The notes beneath the pieces were generated by a model. The model did not search any database. It saw only the letters and a program-made list of their open reading frames with translations, and had not been told where the DNA came from. Both the position numbers and the translations under genes were made by a program. Positions 39,001-50,674 of a stretch of DNA of 64,000 nt are shown here, one piece after another. How positions within the stretch are numbered: the first letter of the stretch is position 1; each line of letters opens with the position of its first letter. Source of the DNA: Gammaproteobacteria bacterium (lineage in GTDB: Bacteria > Pseudomonadota > Gammaproteobacteria > UBA6002); NCBI GenBank assembly GCA_020050845.1, contig JAGVJZ010000027.1, positions 3,331-67,330 on the forward strand, read 5' to 3'.

Positions 39001-39004
39001 TTTG

Positions 39005-39031
39005 TGTCATTCCCGCGCCGCGGGAATGACA
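39005..39031. repeat. Perfect 13-bp inverted repeat (GTCATTCCCGCG family), probable bidirectional terminator
   Basis: TGTCATTCCCGCG-C-CGCGGGAATGACA between convergent stop codons. Confidence 0.75.
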
Positions 39032-39040
39032 AATAAGAAG

Positions 39041-39535
39041 CTACTTAGCGTCATCCAAGTGCTGTTGCGCAATACGACGAAAATTGAGTGGGTTAGGCAT
39101 ATAAGGGAATGGATCTTTGCTGCCGCCCGTACCTGAAACAATGATTGTTCCGTAGTCGAATAATCTACCCATCACGCTTTGATAGACTTGGATACTTTCC
39201 ACACGTGATAAAAGGATTTCCTCAGAGTAGCGCCGAATAAAACCAACTTTCATGAGTATTCTACGGGTTGTAATACCATATTCAGAGGTTTGAAAAGTCA
39301 CAAAGGCGGATAGCCCCGAGAATAATGCAGCGAACAAAGCTAAAAACCCTAATAAATCTGTAATAGTGTAGCGGTCGTAAAAATGAATATTTGCCACATT
39401 ATATTTGGGTGCAACAAACAAGATTAGAATGGCAAGAAAGAGCCACCCTAAAGAAGCTGTGAAAATTATCCAATGAGGTTTAGTTCGAAAAACTAGTTCC
39501 TCGTCGCTGGTGAGTGTCTGATCAATATAACCCAT
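39041..39535 (-). CDS. Bacterial PH-domain (bPH_2) membrane protein
   Basis: Two TMs then YGITTRR..GF..VESIQVYQSVMGRLFDYGTI. Confidence 0.85.
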   Translation of the reverse strand: MGYIDQTLTSDEELVFRTKPHWIIFTASLGWLFLAILILFVAPKYNVANIHFYDRYTITDLLGFLALFAALFSGLSAFVTFQTSEYGITTRRILMKVGFIRRYSEEILLSRVESIQVYQSVMGRLFDYGTIIVSGTGGSKDPFPYMPNPLNFRRIAQQHLDDAK

Positions 39536-39560
39536 AGAACCTCCTTGTTACTGATATGTT

Positions 39561-41789
39561 TCATTTAACTGACAATGCATCAATTTTGCGAATGCCTCTT
39601 GGCACAACGTGTCCTCTTCTTCCTCGCTCACCAAAGTAATGTTTTAAATCTTTAGATTTAATTTCAAAGTCCTTTTTGCCGGAATGAATAATTAGCGACT
39701 CTCCTAATCTTAAGACTTGGATATCAACTAAATAGTCCGCTTTGGTATTAAATTTGCTCGAAGGAATATTAATAATTTTATTACCCTTTCCTTTAGGGAG
39801 TTGTGGCAGAGCATCGACTTGAAATATCAACAAATGTCCTTCGGCGCTAACTGCTGCAAGCAAATCGGTTTTCAAATCGGACACTAAACGAGGTGCAAGC
39901 CCTTTTGCACCTTTAGGTAAACTTAAGATTGCTTTACCAGCACGATTTTTACTATAGAGATTTTCTAATGCAGTGATGAAGCCATAACCTGCATTGGATG
40001 CTAGCAGTATTAATTGGGTTGGTTCTCCCAATAACAAACCAGTAAAGATCGCTTCAGGAGGCGGATTTAGGCGTCCGGTTAGTGGTTCGCCCTGACTGCG
40101 TGCTGAAGGTAAAGTGTGGGCGGCTAGCGAATAGCTTCTTCCAGTCGAATCTAAAAATACTGCCTGTTGATTGCTGCGCCCCTTCGCTGCTACTAGAAGA
40201 GAATCGCCAGCCTTGTAGCTCAGATTCTCCACCTCAAATTCATGTCCCTTCGCCGCACGAACCCATCCTTTTTGGGAAAGAATGGCCGTAATCGCTTCAG
40301 CAGGTAACATTTCTTCTTCACGCATGGCTTGTGCTTCGGCACGTTCTACGAGTTTTGATTTGCGCTCATCGCCAAATTGTTCCATATCTTCACTGAGTTC
40401 TTTACGAATGAGTGCCTTAAGATGTTTTTCCGAGCCTAGTATTTTTTCAATCATAGCTTTCTCTTTAGCTAATTCTGCCTGCTCGCCTTTGATCTTAACT
40501 TCTTCAAGTTTAGCAAGATGTCGAAGTTTTAATTCTAAAATAGCTTCTGCTTGAATATCAGTGATCTTAAAACGTGTCATCAGCACCGGTTTCGGACGAT
40601 CTTCAGTGCGAATAATGTGAATGACTTCGTCAATATTTAAAAAAGCAATTAATAAACCATCTAAGATATGTAAGCGGCTGAGAACCTTTTCTAAGCGGTA
40701 TTCAAGTCGACGACGCACGGTAGCCGTTCGAAAGATTAACCACTCTTGAAGAATGGTTATTAAACTTTTGACTTGCGGTTTGCCATTAATCCCAACCATG
40801 TTGAGATTGATACGATAACTTTTTTCCAAGTCGGTTGTTGCAAATAGATGGGCCATTAAAGGTTCAATATCGACTCGATTAGATCGAGGTGTGATGACCA
40901 AGCGAGTAGGATTTTCATGATCTGACTCATCACGTAGATCTGCCACCATAGGAAGTTTTTTAGCCTGCATTTGGCCTGCGATTTGCTCTAAGACCTTGGA
41001 GCCGGAAGTTTGATGAGGTAGAGCAGTAATAATGATATCGCCATCTTCTTCAACGTACACGGCTCGCATTTTAATGCTACCGTTACCTTTGCGATAAATT
41101 TCAATGATGTCTCGTCGAGGTGTGATGATTTCCGCTTCGGTCGGAAAATCCGGTGCCTGCACCATTTGACAGATATCTTCTAAAGTAGACTTGGGATTAT
41201 CTAATAAATGAATACAAGCAGACGCAACTTCTCGGAGATTATGCGGAGGAATATCGGTTGCCATACCCACTGCAATCCCAGTCGCACCATTTAATAAAAC
41301 ATTTGGGAGTCTTGCAGGTAATAGAGATGGCTCATCTAAGGTGCCATCGAAGTTAGGTACCCAATCAACAGTGCCCTGCTCGAGCTCTGCCAGTAAGGTT
41401 TCGGCATACTTTGATAAACGTGATTCTGTATAACGCATCGCTGCGAAAGACTTAGGATCATCCGGTGACCCCCAATTTCCTTGGCCATCAATGAGTGGAT
41501 AGCGGTAAGAAAACGACTGAGCCATTAAGACCATGGCTTCATAACAAGCGGTGTCACCGTGTGGGTGAAACTTACCCAAAACATCACCAACTGTTCGTGC
41601 AGATTTTTTATATTTGGCGCCTGCTTTAAGTCCCAGATCAGACATGGCATAAACAATACGTCGTTGTACTGGTTTTAGGCCATCACCTATGTGAGGTAGT
41701 GCTCGATCTAAGATTACGTACATTGAATAATCTAAATAAGCTTTTTCTGTGAACTGTTTTAATGGGAGATTTTCAAACTCCGTATTCAT
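39561..41789 (-). CDS. parC: DNA topoisomerase IV subunit A
   Basis: [26 protein letters not shown]. Confidence 0.97.
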   Translation of the reverse strand: MNTEFENLPLKQFTEKAYLDYSMYVILDRALPHIGDGLKPVQRRIVYAMSDLGLKAGAKYKKSARTVGDVLGKFHPHGDTACYEAMVLMAQSFSYRYPLIDGQGNWGSPDDPKSFAAMRYTESRLSKYAETLLAELEQGTVDWVPNFDGTLDEPSLLPARLPNVLLNGATGIAVGMATDIPPHNLREVASACIHLLDNPKSTLEDICQMVQAPDFPTEAEIITPRRDIIEIYRKGNGSIKMRAVYVEEDGDIIITALPHQTSGSKVLEQIAGQMQAKKLPMVADLRDESDHENPTRLVITPRSNRVDIEPLMAHLFATTDLEKSYRINLNMVGINGKPQVKSLITILQEWLIFRTATVRRRLEYRLEKVLSRLHILDGLLIAFLNIDEVIHIIRTEDRPKPVLMTRFKITDIQAEAILELKLRHLAKLEEVKIKGEQAELAKEKAMIEKILGSEKHLKALIRKELSEDMEQFGDERKSKLVERAEAQAMREEEMLPAEAITAILSQKGWVRAAKGHEFEVENLSYKAGDSLLVAAKGRSNQQAVFLDSTGRSYSLAAHTLPSARSQGEPLTGRLNPPPEAIFTGLLLGEPTQLILLASNAGYGFITALENLYSKNRAGKAILSLPKGAKGLAPRLVSDLKTDLLAAVSAEGHLLIFQVDALPQLPKGKGNKIINIPSSKFNTKADYLVDIQVLRLGESLIIHSGKKDFEIKSKDLKHYFGERGRRGHVVPRGIRKIDALSVK

Positions 41790-41846
41790 CTTTGTTCTCT
41801 ACATTAAAGTAACTATTACAAGGCGTCGGCTACCGTTAAGTGCTTC

Positions 41847-41924
41847 CGTCGTCCCACAATTTGATCGCAGGATCCAGATTAAAGGGCACTTCGCTGGATC
41901 CCGCGATCAAGGCGCGGGACGACG
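41847..41924. repeat. Palindromic element resembling Rickettsia RPE-type repeats
   Basis: 31-bp arms CGTCGTCCCACAATTTGATCGCAGGATCCAG / CTGGATCCCGCGATCAAGGCGCGGGACGACG, 26/31 match. Confidence 0.7.
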
Positions 41925-42059
41925 CACGACAAAAAAATCACAAACTACGTTTGTTGCACAGAGTTTAAAGGAGGACACGTCTTTTTGCATAGCACTTTCA
42001 TGGCAATGTTTGTATTATGCGCCGTGGGCTCATGGAATAAATAAGCACTAGAGACTTCA

Positions 42060-42698
42060 ATGACAAAACATTATTCAGGCGTAGACCGCTTTATTATGGC
42101 ATTTGATAATGGGCTTCGTACGTTGTGTAAAAAAGCCATTGCGACTCGCAGTTCGCCAGCCCAGAACTTACAAGAATCTCCTTTACAAAATGAGTTGCAA
42201 AAAAAAAGTGCAGCATTGATGCGTATTAATCATACGGGAGAAGTATGCGCGCAAGCGTTGTACTATGGTCAGGCGATGGTGGCTAGCACATCCCAATTAA
42301 GAGTTTCTTTATTAGATGCAGCTCAAGAGGAAACGGATCATCTTGCATGGTGCGAAGAGCGGATTGAAGAGTTAAACAGTCATACCAGTTATTTAAATCC
42401 GCTGTGGTATGTAGGATCTTTCAGTTTAGGCCTAATTTGTGGTGCGATTAGTGATCGTTGGAGTTTAGGATTTGTTGTAGAAACCGAACGTCAAGTGGAA
42501 CAACATCTTAAAGAACATCTCTTGAAACTTTCCCCAGATGATCAAAAAAGTCGTGCGATTTTGGAGAAAATGTGTGAGGAAGAAGCTCACCATGCCACTG
42601 TTGCTCTGGGTGCCGGAGCAATGGAACTTCCAGACATTGTGAAAACAATGATGCGTGCTATGTCAAAAGTAATGACTAAGACAACTTATTATCTTTAG
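42060..42698 (+). CDS. coq7: Demethoxyubiquinone hydroxylase
   Basis: MRINHTGEVCAQALYYGQ, EETDHL, ETERQVEQHL, EEAHHA di-iron motifs. Confidence 0.95.
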   Translation: MTKHYSGVDRFIMAFDNGLRTLCKKAIATRSSPAQNLQESPLQNELQKKSAALMRINHTGEVCAQALYYGQAMVASTSQLRVSLLDAAQEETDHLAWCEERIEELNSHTSYLNPLWYVGSFSLGLICGAISDRWSLGFVVETERQVEQHLKEHLLKLSPDDQKSRAILEKMCEEEAHHATVALGAGAMELPDIVKTMMRAMSKVMTKTTYYL

Positions 42699-42721
42699 AA
42701 AAAGTTGAGACCGAAATCTAC

Positions 42722-43483
42722 ATGATTGAGTTTGATCACGTCAAAAAATCATTCGATGGTAACTACAACGTCTTGGATGACATTACCTTTAATGTTATGC
42801 CAGGTGAATGTCTCGTTTTACTTGGCAGTTCAGGTTCAGGTAAAACTACCACTCTAAAGATGATTAATCGACTCTTAGAGCCAAGTGCAGGTATAATTAG
42901 AATTAACGGCCAAGATGTTGCCACGTTAGAGCCAGTACAGCTTCGACGTTCGATTGGTTATGTCTTTCAAGGAATTGGTTTATTCCCTCATTTTACCGTA
43001 TCTGAAAATATTCAAATCGTGTTACAACTACAAAAATTTTCTAAACAGAAACAAATCCAACAAAGTCATTATTTTCTTGAACAAGTTAATTTAGATCCAA
43101 GTCGTTTTGCCGCTCGCTATCCTGCAGAATTATCTGGAGGCCAACAACAAAGAGTGGGCGTTGCTCGTGCCTTGGCAACCCACTCAGATATTCTATTAAT
43201 GGATGAACCATTTGGAGCTCTTGATGCGATTAATCGGGTAGCTTTGCAAAATGAAATTCTCACATTGAAAAAGAAAATAGCAAAAACTATTGTTTTTGTA
43301 ACTCACGACATTTATGAAGCGTTGCGTTTAGGGGATCGAATTGCCGTGATCAACCAGGGAAAGTTAGAACAGATTGGCACTAGAAAAGAAATTATGCAAA
43401 AACCTGCAACGGATTTTGTGCATGAACTATTCTCACAAGCAGTACATCAATTAAAAGAATTTATGGATGTACTTTATGTCTAG
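42722..43483 (+). CDS. Osmoprotectant (glycine betaine/choline-type) ABC ATPase
   Basis: GSSGSGKTT, LRRSIGYVFQGIGLFPH, LSGGQQQR. Confidence 0.88.
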   Translation: MIEFDHVKKSFDGNYNVLDDITFNVMPGECLVLLGSSGSGKTTTLKMINRLLEPSAGIIRINGQDVATLEPVQLRRSIGYVFQGIGLFPHFTVSENIQIVLQLQKFSKQKQIQQSHYFLEQVNLDPSRFAARYPAELSGGQQQRVGVARALATHSDILLMDEPFGALDAINRVALQNEILTLKKKIAKTIVFVTHDIYEALRLGDRIAVINQGKLEQIGTRKEIMQKPATDFVHELFSQAVHQLKEFMDVLYV

Positions 43484-45035
43484 TTTTTTTGCTTTATTTA
43501 AAGCACAAGCGTATCAAGTAGTAGAGAGAACTCTGCAGCAAAGCTATCTGGCATTAAGTGCGATTTTAATCGCAACAGTTATTTGCATCCCCCTAGGAAT
43601 TTTAATTGCCAAGAAACCACGTTTGCGACAGTACGTATTAGGATTTAATAGCATAATTCAAACATTGCCCAGTCTTGCTGTGTTGGGTCTGTTATTGCCA
43701 GTTTTTGGAATTGGTATCAAAACTGCCTTGATCGCTCTGATTTTATATGCATTGTTGCCTATTATTAGAAATACCGCTGTTGGAATATTAAATATTTCAC
43801 CCGATTTATTAGAGGCTGCCAATGGTTTGGGTTTAACTCGATTTCAACGCATTCGATTAGTAGAGTTACCCCTGGCAATTCCTATTATCATCGCTGGTAT
43901 TCGAACTGCAACAGCAATGGCGATAGGGATTTCAACTCTTGCTGCATTGATAGGAGCGGGAGGCCTGGGTGAATTTATCTACGAAGGTTTGGCGTTAAAT
44001 AACGTTAATTTAATCTTATTAGGCGCTATTCCAGCTGCTTTGTTAGCATTATTTTTTGATTTTTTAATAGGGTATTTGGAAAAAATATTAACCTTAAAGC
44101 ACTTGCCAAGATCCTATTCTCAAAAAAGTTTTTGGCGAATGAGTTTGGTAGCAACCTGTGTTGTGATGGTATTTTACTTTGTTTTTGCACCTGCGAGTTC
44201 TTCACAGGAAAACATTGTTCGAGTCGGCAGTAAAAATTTCAGTGAGCAATTAATTTTAGGAGAAATTCTTGCTCAAATGATAGAAGCCAAAACAAATTTA
44301 AAAGTAGATCGAACGTTTAATTTGGGGGGCACGTTTATTTGCCACCGTGCTATTTTGAAAAATGAAATTGATATCTATCCGGAGTATACCGGGACCAGTT
44401 ACTCAGTGATTTTAAACGAAGCTGGCTTGCAAGATCCTGTACAAGTATTTCGATATGTTAGTGAAGCGTATTTGCAAAAATTTAATTTAGTTTGGTTAAA
44501 AGAATTCGGCTTTAATAATACTAATGCGCTTGCAGTAACGCAGCAGCTGGCACAAAGATATCATCTCAACAACATTGAAGATCTGGCTAGAGTTGCTTCT
44601 CAGCTAACAATTGGTGTGCCTGCTGATTTTATGGAAAGACCCGATGGTTTTATTGGTCTTAAGAATAAATATCACATCGAGTTTAAGCAGGTGCGATTGA
44701 TGGACGTGGGTTTAATGTATAAGGCACTTTACAACAATGAATTAGACGCAATTATGGCTTTTTCAACCGACGCACGTTTGCGCTCTTACAATTTAGTCGT
44801 CTTAACGGATAATAGGCATTTATTCCCACCCTATTATGCAGCTCCCGTCATCAGGATGAAATTTCTAGAACATCACCCTGAAATCTCCAACATTTTAAGT
44901 CCTCTTGCAGGGAAAATTACTAACGAAAAAATGCGACAATTAAATTATCAAGTGGATGTGATGCGACGAACGCCAGAGGATGTTGCAAAAGAATTCTTGG
45001 TAAAAAACCATTTGCTCGCAAATCTACCCCAATAA
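43476..45035 (+). CDS. Osmoprotectant ABC permease fused to substrate-binding domain
   Basis: QTLPSLA, IGAGGLG, GSKNFSEQ, YPEYTGT, FPPY. Confidence 0.9.
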   Translation: MSSFFALFKAQAYQVVERTLQQSYLALSAILIATVICIPLGILIAKKPRLRQYVLGFNSIIQTLPSLAVLGLLLPVFGIGIKTALIALILYALLPIIRNTAVGILNISPDLLEAANGLGLTRFQRIRLVELPLAIPIIIAGIRTATAMAIGISTLAALIGAGGLGEFIYEGLALNNVNLILLGAIPAALLALFFDFLIGYLEKILTLKHLPRSYSQKSFWRMSLVATCVVMVFYFVFAPASSSQENIVRVGSKNFSEQLILGEILAQMIEAKTNLKVDRTFNLGGTFICHRAILKNEIDIYPEYTGTSYSVILNEAGLQDPVQVFRYVSEAYLQKFNLVWLKEFGFNNTNALAVTQQLAQRYHLNNIEDLARVASQLTIGVPADFMERPDGFIGLKNKYHIEFKQVRLMDVGLMYKALYNNELDAIMAFSTDARLRSYNLVVLTDNRHLFPPYYAAPVIRMKFLEHHPEISNILSPLAGKITNEKMRQLNYQVDVMRRTPEDVAKEFLVKNHLLANLPQ

Positions 45036-45824
45036 ATCTGTCAACATTTTTCCTGGTGAGTCTGCTTTCATTAAAGTTTCGCCAATTAGGAAAACATTCA
45101 CCTGGTGTTGTTGCATAAGTTCAATATCGTTTCGATTGCGAATCCCACTTTCACAAATAGCGATTCGACCGCTCGGAATTTTTTTGCTAAGTTCAATAGT
45201 GTGTTGCAAATTAACGGAAAAATCTCTCAGATTTCGATTGTTAATGCCTATCAGTTCTGCTTGAGTTTGTAGTGCAGCTTGAAGTTCACGTTCGTTATTA
45301 ACTTCAACGATAACGTCAAGCCCTAATCCAGTTGCAATCTCATAGAATTCAAGAAGCTGGCTAATGGACAACGCGGCTACGATTAGTAAAATACAATCCG
45401 CACCAATATAGCGGGATTCATAAATTTGATAGGGATCTATAATAAAATCTTTTCTGAGAATTGGGATTGATGTTGTATTCTTGGCTGCAATTAAATCCTC
45501 ATCACTTCCTAAGAAAAAGTTTCTTTCCGTCAGTATCGAAAGGCAAGTTGCGCCAGCTTGCTCATACTCGGCCGCAATGTTGCCTGGCGAATAATCCGCT
45601 CGTATTAATCCCTTGCTGGGGGATGCTTTTTTTAATTCACTTATGATTGCAATTTGTTTTTTTAGTAATGAGTTTTTTATTGCCACACCAAAAGATTTTA
45701 AATTAGACGGATTTTGTTTTATGAGATCAGTTAAAGTTAATTGATCTAGTTTAAGTTTCCGTTCTTCAATCTCAAGTCGTTTGTTGTCGATTATTTTTTG
45801 CAATATATCTTCATAGCTGGTCAT
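45024..45824 (-). CDS. trpC: Indole-3-glycerol phosphate synthase
   Basis: ELKKASPSKG, LRKDFI, GINNRNL, CESGI. Confidence 0.96.
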   Translation of the reverse strand: MTSYEDILQKIIDNKRLEIEERKLKLDQLTLTDLIKQNPSNLKSFGVAIKNSLLKKQIAIISELKKASPSKGLIRADYSPGNIAAEYEQAGATCLSILTERNFFLGSDEDLIAAKNTTSIPILRKDFIIDPYQIYESRYIGADCILLIVAALSISQLLEFYEIATGLGLDVIVEVNNERELQAALQTQAELIGINNRNLRDFSVNLQHTIELSKKIPSGRIAICESGIRNRNDIELMQQHQVNVFLIGETLMKADSPGKMLTDLLG

Positions 45825-46846
45825 TCATTTTTTCCTAGATTACTAAAACTAATGAGTTGTTGGAATTTCTCCCAGGCTTTTTTTTGAGACAACATTTCAT
45901 CGGCAATAATTACACCATCGTGAATGGAAGTTGCTAATCCGGCAACATAAATTGCAGCGCCTGCATTTAAGATAACAATATTTCTCGCAGGATGAGGTTC
46001 ATTACGTAACACGGCTTGAAGAATGGCTAAGCTTTGTTCTACAGTTTCAACACGAAGTTGATCAAGTGGGCACCGTTCTAAATTAAAATCTTCGGGTGAA
46101 ATGGAATATCGAGTAATAATCCCATCGTTTAATTCGACAACATCGGTACTATCTGCGCAGCTTATTTCATCCAAGCCATCTTTCGAATGAATGACAAGTG
46201 CTCGTTTACAGTTTGACTGAGATAAAACCTCTGCGGTCAACAATAACCATTTTGTATCAAAGACACCGATTACAACATGATCGGCTCCTGCCGGGTTGGT
46301 GAGCGGCCCAAGTAAGTTAAAAAAAGTGCGTATCCCAAGTTCTTTTCTAGGAATGACAGCATGCTTAGTTGCACTGTGATAGGTGGGAGCAAATAAAAAA
46401 CCAATCCCGATAGCGTCGATGATTTTTTTCACTTCTTCAGGAGCAAGCGTTAAATTGACCCCGGCTTTTTCTAAGACATCAGCACTACCGCAGCGACTTG
46501 AGACTGATCGGTTACCGTGCTTTGCAACTGTAGCACCTGCTGCAGCAACGACAAAAGCTGCGGTAGTTGAGATGTTAAAAGTATTTGACTGGTCGCCACC
46601 GGTACCTACAATATCGACTAGAGGAGAGCGATGCAGATGTAGTTTTGTTGCAAATTCTCGCATCACACTGACAGCTACTGCAACTTCGCCTATCGTTGGT
46701 TTTTTCATTTCAAGCGCTATTAGGAAACCTGCAATTTGTGAAGGCGTTGCTTGACCACTCATGATTTCTCGCATGGCAGCGCTCATTTGTTCTGAAGACA
46801 AATCTTCAAAGTTAACGAGTTTATGTAGAGCTTTTTTTAGTGCCAT
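45821..46846 (-). CDS. trpD: Anthranilate phosphoribosyltransferase
   Basis: [27 protein letters not shown]. Confidence 0.97.
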   Translation of the reverse strand: MALKKALHKLVNFEDLSSEQMSAAMREIMSGQATPSQIAGFLIALEMKKPTIGEVAVAVSVMREFATKLHLHRSPLVDIVGTGGDQSNTFNISTTAAFVVAAAGATVAKHGNRSVSSRCGSADVLEKAGVNLTLAPEEVKKIIDAIGIGFLFAPTYHSATKHAVIPRKELGIRTFFNLLGPLTNPAGADHVVIGVFDTKWLLLTAEVLSQSNCKRALVIHSKDGLDEISCADSTDVVELNDGIITRYSISPEDFNLERCPLDQLRVETVEQSLAILQAVLRNEPHPARNIVILNAGAAIYVAGLATSIHDGVIIADEMLSQKKAWEKFQQLISFSNLGKNE

Positions 46847-47426
46847 AGATAGATTCTAAAAAATTTTGTAAGAGTAGTTTGCCATGCTCAGTTAGAATGG
46901 ATTCGGGATGAAACTGCACTCCCTCGAGCAAATATTCTTTGTGCTTTAATCCCATAATTTCATCCATGCCATTGTCAGCAGACACGGTCCAAGCGGTGAT
47001 TTCTAAGCAATCAGGTAAGGTTTCTTTTTCAACAACGAGTGAGTGATAACGTGTTGCACTAAAAGGACTCGGTAGCTTTGCAAAAACTCCCTGTTGTTGA
47101 TGATGTATTTGCGATAACTTGCCATGCATTACTTGTTTGGCGCGTACTACCTTACCACCAAAAACTTGACCAATACTTTGATGTCCTAGGCACACTCCTA
47201 AAAGAGGGATTTCTTTTCCAAATTCTTTAATGACTTGCATCGAGATGCCCGCCTCATTGGGCGTGCAGGGTCCTGGAGAAATAACAATTCCTGCAGGCTT
47301 AAGCTTTTCAATGTCTTGAAGCGTGAGTTCATCATTTCGGTAAACAGTTACTGTGACGCCTAGTTCGCCTAAGTATTGCACCAGGTTGAAGGTAAAAGAA
47401 TCATAATTATCGATCATCAATATCAT
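46821..47426 (-). CDS. trpG: Anthranilate synthase component II (glutamine amidotransferase)
   Basis: [26 protein letters not shown]; located in trp cluster. Confidence 0.95.
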   Translation of the reverse strand: MILMIDNYDSFTFNLVQYLGELGVTVTVYRNDELTLQDIEKLKPAGIVISPGPCTPNEAGISMQVIKEFGKEIPLLGVCLGHQSIGQVFGGKVVRAKQVMHGKLSQIHHQQQGVFAKLPSPFSATRYHSLVVEKETLPDCLEITAWTVSADNGMDEIMGLKHKEYLLEGVQFHPESILTEHGKLLLQNFLESIYGTKKSST

Positions 47427-47451
47427 GAGATTACTCGACCTTATTCTCTGC

Positions 47452-47578
47452 CCAGTCTTCCCGCTCGAGGGCGGGAAGAACTTCCTCTAATATAATGCGT
47501 CGCGAAAAAATAAATTTTTCGCTAGCAATTAGGGGAAGAATTAGCATTCTCCCCCTAATAACCCCCATCGCTTTAATG
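47452..47578. repeat. Dispersed structured element, copy 2 (fills the trpE-trpG gap)
   Basis: 47495-47572 matches 24320-24397 at 77/78 nt; adjacent perfect stem TCTTCCCGC/GCGGGAAGA (47456-47479). Confidence 0.9.
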
Positions 47579-49072
47579 TCAGCGGGAACTGTCATTATTC
47601 TCTGCAATATCAGCGGCTAGAAACAAAGCTTTTGCTTTGTTGATGCATTCTTGCCATTCGTTTTTAGGAATGGAGTCTGCAACCAAACCTGCTCCTGCTT
47701 GTACGTAAACGGTATCATCTTTGAATACTGCTGTTCGTAATGCTATGGCAAGATCTAATCGACCATGCCATCCCAAATAGCCAATCGCTCCACCATAAAT
47801 TCCTCGTTTGTCTGTTTCTAACTCATCAATGATTTCCATAGCTCTGATCTTTGGAGCACCACTCACCGTTCCCGCTGGAAAAGTGGCTCGTAGGATATCA
47901 ATGTCACTTGTATTTGGTTGTACTTCACCAACAACTGTAGAAGAGATATGCATCACGTGGGAGAATCGTTCGATGACCATTTGTTTTTCCATATGGACCG
48001 AACCAATTTTACAAATTCGACCAATGTCATTTCGTCCTAAGTCTATTAACATGAGATGCTCAGCGATTTCTTTAACATCTTTGAGTAATTCTCGTTCGAG
48101 GGCTGCGTCCTGCGCTGCAGTCTTTCCTCTAGGTCGTGTCCCTGCTAAGGGTCTAACGGTCACTTTATTATCTTCTAACTTGACCAAAATCTCTGGAGAA
48201 GCACCTGCGATGAAAAAATCTTCCATGTCAAAATAATACATGTAAGGAGAGGGATTTAATAAACGTAAAATGCTATAAAATGTTAGGGGATTAGTCTTAT
48301 ATGGACGGCTGAATCGTTGCGATAAAATTAACTGCATCGCATCGCCTGCCAAGAAATATTCCTTAGCTTTAAGAACATTCTTTTCATAATCCTCTACAGA
48401 AAAATTGGAATCAAATTGCGTTTTAATCTCATTGGAAGAGACTTTGGTTTCTTCTAGTTGCTGAACGACGGTTTGTTCTCGCTCTTTCAGTAGTTCAAGA
48501 GTCAATTGTTTGATTCTAGCGATTGCTTCGTAGTAGGCATTTTTATTTCCAGGTACATAAACAATCAAATAGAGTTTTTTTGCAAGGCTGTCGTAGACGA
48601 TGATTTCTTCGGAAAGTAGTAAAAAAATATCTGGCACTTTAAGAGTATCAGTGAGTGAGTGGTGCGCAAGCTTAGGCTCTATATAACGAATAGTGTCGTA
48701 TCCAAAATATCCGACAAAACCTCCAATAAAAAAATCTAAATGCGGCAAAGGTGGTACGTGATAGTTTGCTATGATTCGTTCGATTTCTTTTAAGGGATCT
48801 TTCGATATAAATTGTTCTTCAAGACAGCCATCCTGAATATAAGTTACCTGGAAGTCGGAGACAATAATTCGAGTGCGCGCAGACAAGCCAATAATGGAAT
48901 AACGTCCACTCTTTTCTCCAGAAACACCAGACTCTAAGAGATAAGAATAAGGCGTATTAGCGATGTGCTGGTAAAGATTTTGTGGCGAAGTTTCACCTGA
49001 TAACTCGACGATTAGGGGTAGCCAGTTATAACCGTGGGTTAACCATTCTTGAAATTGATCTTCAGCAATCAT
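47579..49072 (-). CDS. trpE: Anthranilate synthase component I
   Basis: LLES, NPSPYM, PLAGTRPRG, EHLMLIDLGRND, PAGTVSGAPK. Confidence 0.95.
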   Translation of the reverse strand: MIAEDQFQEWLTHGYNWLPLIVELSGETSPQNLYQHIANTPYSYLLESGVSGEKSGRYSIIGLSARTRIIVSDFQVTYIQDGCLEEQFISKDPLKEIERIIANYHVPPLPHLDFFIGGFVGYFGYDTIRYIEPKLAHHSLTDTLKVPDIFLLLSEEIIVYDSLAKKLYLIVYVPGNKNAYYEAIARIKQLTLELLKEREQTVVQQLEETKVSSNEIKTQFDSNFSVEDYEKNVLKAKEYFLAGDAMQLILSQRFSRPYKTNPLTFYSILRLLNPSPYMYYFDMEDFFIAGASPEILVKLEDNKVTVRPLAGTRPRGKTAAQDAALERELLKDVKEIAEHLMLIDLGRNDIGRICKIGSVHMEKQMVIERFSHVMHISSTVVGEVQPNTSDIDILRATFPAGTVSGAPKIRAMEIIDELETDKRGIYGGAIGYLGWHGRLDLAIALRTAVFKDDTVYVQAGAGLVADSIPKNEWQECINKAKALFLAADIAENNDSSR

Positions 49073-49746
49073 TAATGGGTTACTCGATTTAATTCTGATC
49101 GTAGGGAAGCGATTGTCGCATGATAATTATCAGTATGGAAAATACCTGTGCCTAATACAAAGGTATCTGCTCCTTCATTAGCAATTTCTGCGATATTTTC
49201 TACCTTAACACCACCATCGACCTCTAAACGAATCGGATGATTGCAATCCTGGATAATGTGATGTACTTGGCTAATTTTTCTGAGCGTTCCAGGAATAAAT
49301 GTTTGACCACCAAAACCTGGGTTAACAGACATGATTAAAATCATATCAAGTCGCTCTAAAACATATTCTAGATATTCCAGTGGCGTACTGGGATTAAATG
49401 CTAACCCTGCTTTGCATCCGCAATCCCTGATAAGTTGCAGACTTCGATCAAGGTGCTCAGTTGCTTCGGGATGAATTGTAATATAGGAAGCGCCAGCCTT
49501 AGCAAATTCTGTTATCAACGAATCGACCGGTTTCGTCATGAGATGAACGTCGATTGGGACTGTCACGCCATTTTTTCTTAACGCAGAACACACCATGGGT
49601 CCTACCGTCAGACAAGGAACATAATGATTATCCATCACATCAAAATGAATGTAATCAGCGCCAGCAGTGATTACATCATCGACTTCCTTGCCGAGATTTG
49701 CGAAATCAGCGGAAAGAATAGAAGCAGCAATTTTAGCGTCTCTCAT
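49072..49746 (-). CDS. rpe: Ribulose-phosphate 3-epimerase
   Basis: [28 protein letters not shown]; start re-set to 49746. Confidence 0.97.
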   Translation of the reverse strand: MRDAKIAASILSADFANLGKEVDDVITAGADYIHFDVMDNHYVPCLTVGPMVCSALRKNGVTVPIDVHLMTKPVDSLITEFAKAGASYITIHPEATEHLDRSLQLIRDCGCKAGLAFNPSTPLEYLEYVLERLDMILIMSVNPGFGGQTFIPGTLRKISQVHHIIQDCNHPIRLEVDGGVKVENIAEIANEGADTFVLGTGIFHTDNYHATIASLRSELNRVTH

Positions 49747-49810
49747 TCGTAATTTTCCTTTGGTATTCTTAATTTTTAAAGGAAGGAAATATCCAGCCCT
49801 CAATTATCAA

Positions 49811-50599
49811 TTAAATCCCTCGTGCTTTACAAATAGTTTCATAGGCGCTTTTGATTTCTTGCGTTTTTTGTGTAGCAAGTTTAATCATTTCCTCTGGCAA
49901 CCCTTTGGAAACAAGTTTATCAGGATGGTTTTGACTCATGAGCTTTCGGTAAGCTTTCTTCAAGTCGGCATCGTTTATTGTGCGAGTAACTCCGAGTATC
50001 CCATAAGCTTTCTCGACTGGATCAATGAAGGGTTGCTGGGGTGTTCGTTGATGCTGTTGTCGGTAACCAGAATTTTGTTGATAGTGAAAAAAACGGTTGG
50101 AATTGATCCCCAAGCGATAACTAATATGTTCTAAGATACGTTGTTTTTTTAATGATAAGACCCCATCTGCATAAGCAGCTTGCAATTGAATTTCAAGGAA
50201 CAAGTGCAACAAGTTGGGTTGATGATAACAAGCAGTGGTGAGTTCCGTTAAAATGTCATCTAAATTGAAGTCTGCCTTTTTGCCTTGTTGAAAATATTGT
50301 ATAGCTTGTTGTCGAAGTTGTGGGGTGAGCATCATATTTTGCATGATTCGGGTAGCGGCACGAATTTCATTTTCAGAAACACGGCCATCTGCCTTAGCTA
50401 TGTAACCCATAATGGTGAAGGTGGCTCGAAAAAAGATATCTTGGGTTTGGCTATGTGGTCGAGTGGCTCCAACAAATGCCCATATACCTTGATGGCTATC
50501 AAGATATTGGGCAATGAGAATGCCAATAATAGCTCCGAAAGGACCACCAATTAGGTATCCTATCAGACCACCAAGTAATAATTTGCCTAACCTGTACAT
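49811..50599 (-). CDS. djlA: Co-chaperone DjlA
   Basis: N-terminal Gly-rich TM, AKADGRVS, C-terminal J domain HPDK. Confidence 0.95.
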   Translation of the reverse strand: MYRLGKLLLGGLIGYLIGGPFGAIIGILIAQYLDSHQGIWAFVGATRPHSQTQDIFFRATFTIMGYIAKADGRVSENEIRAATRIMQNMMLTPQLRQQAIQYFQQGKKADFNLDDILTELTTACYHQPNLLHLFLEIQLQAAYADGVLSLKKQRILEHISYRLGINSNRFFHYQQNSGYRQQHQRTPQQPFIDPVEKAYGILGVTRTINDADLKKAYRKLMSQNHPDKLVSKGLPEEMIKLATQKTQEIKSAYETICKARGI

Positions 50600-50674
50600 A
50601 ACTTACAACTTACAAAACGACTAACAACCAAGCATAATACCATTTAATGATTACAGAAAAAGATAGGTAAAATA

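Noticed and set aside
38733..39032. 99-aa ORF on - strand
   Set aside because: Antisense shadow of rsmE starting within the 39005-39031 palindrome
41749..42051. 100-aa ORF on + strand
   Set aside because: Overlaps the parC start and is largely a translation of the palindromic repeat; no RBS
49072..49810. trp leader peptide / attenuator ahead of trpE
   Set aside because: trpE overlaps the rpe stop (TAATG); no Trp-rich leader ORF seen
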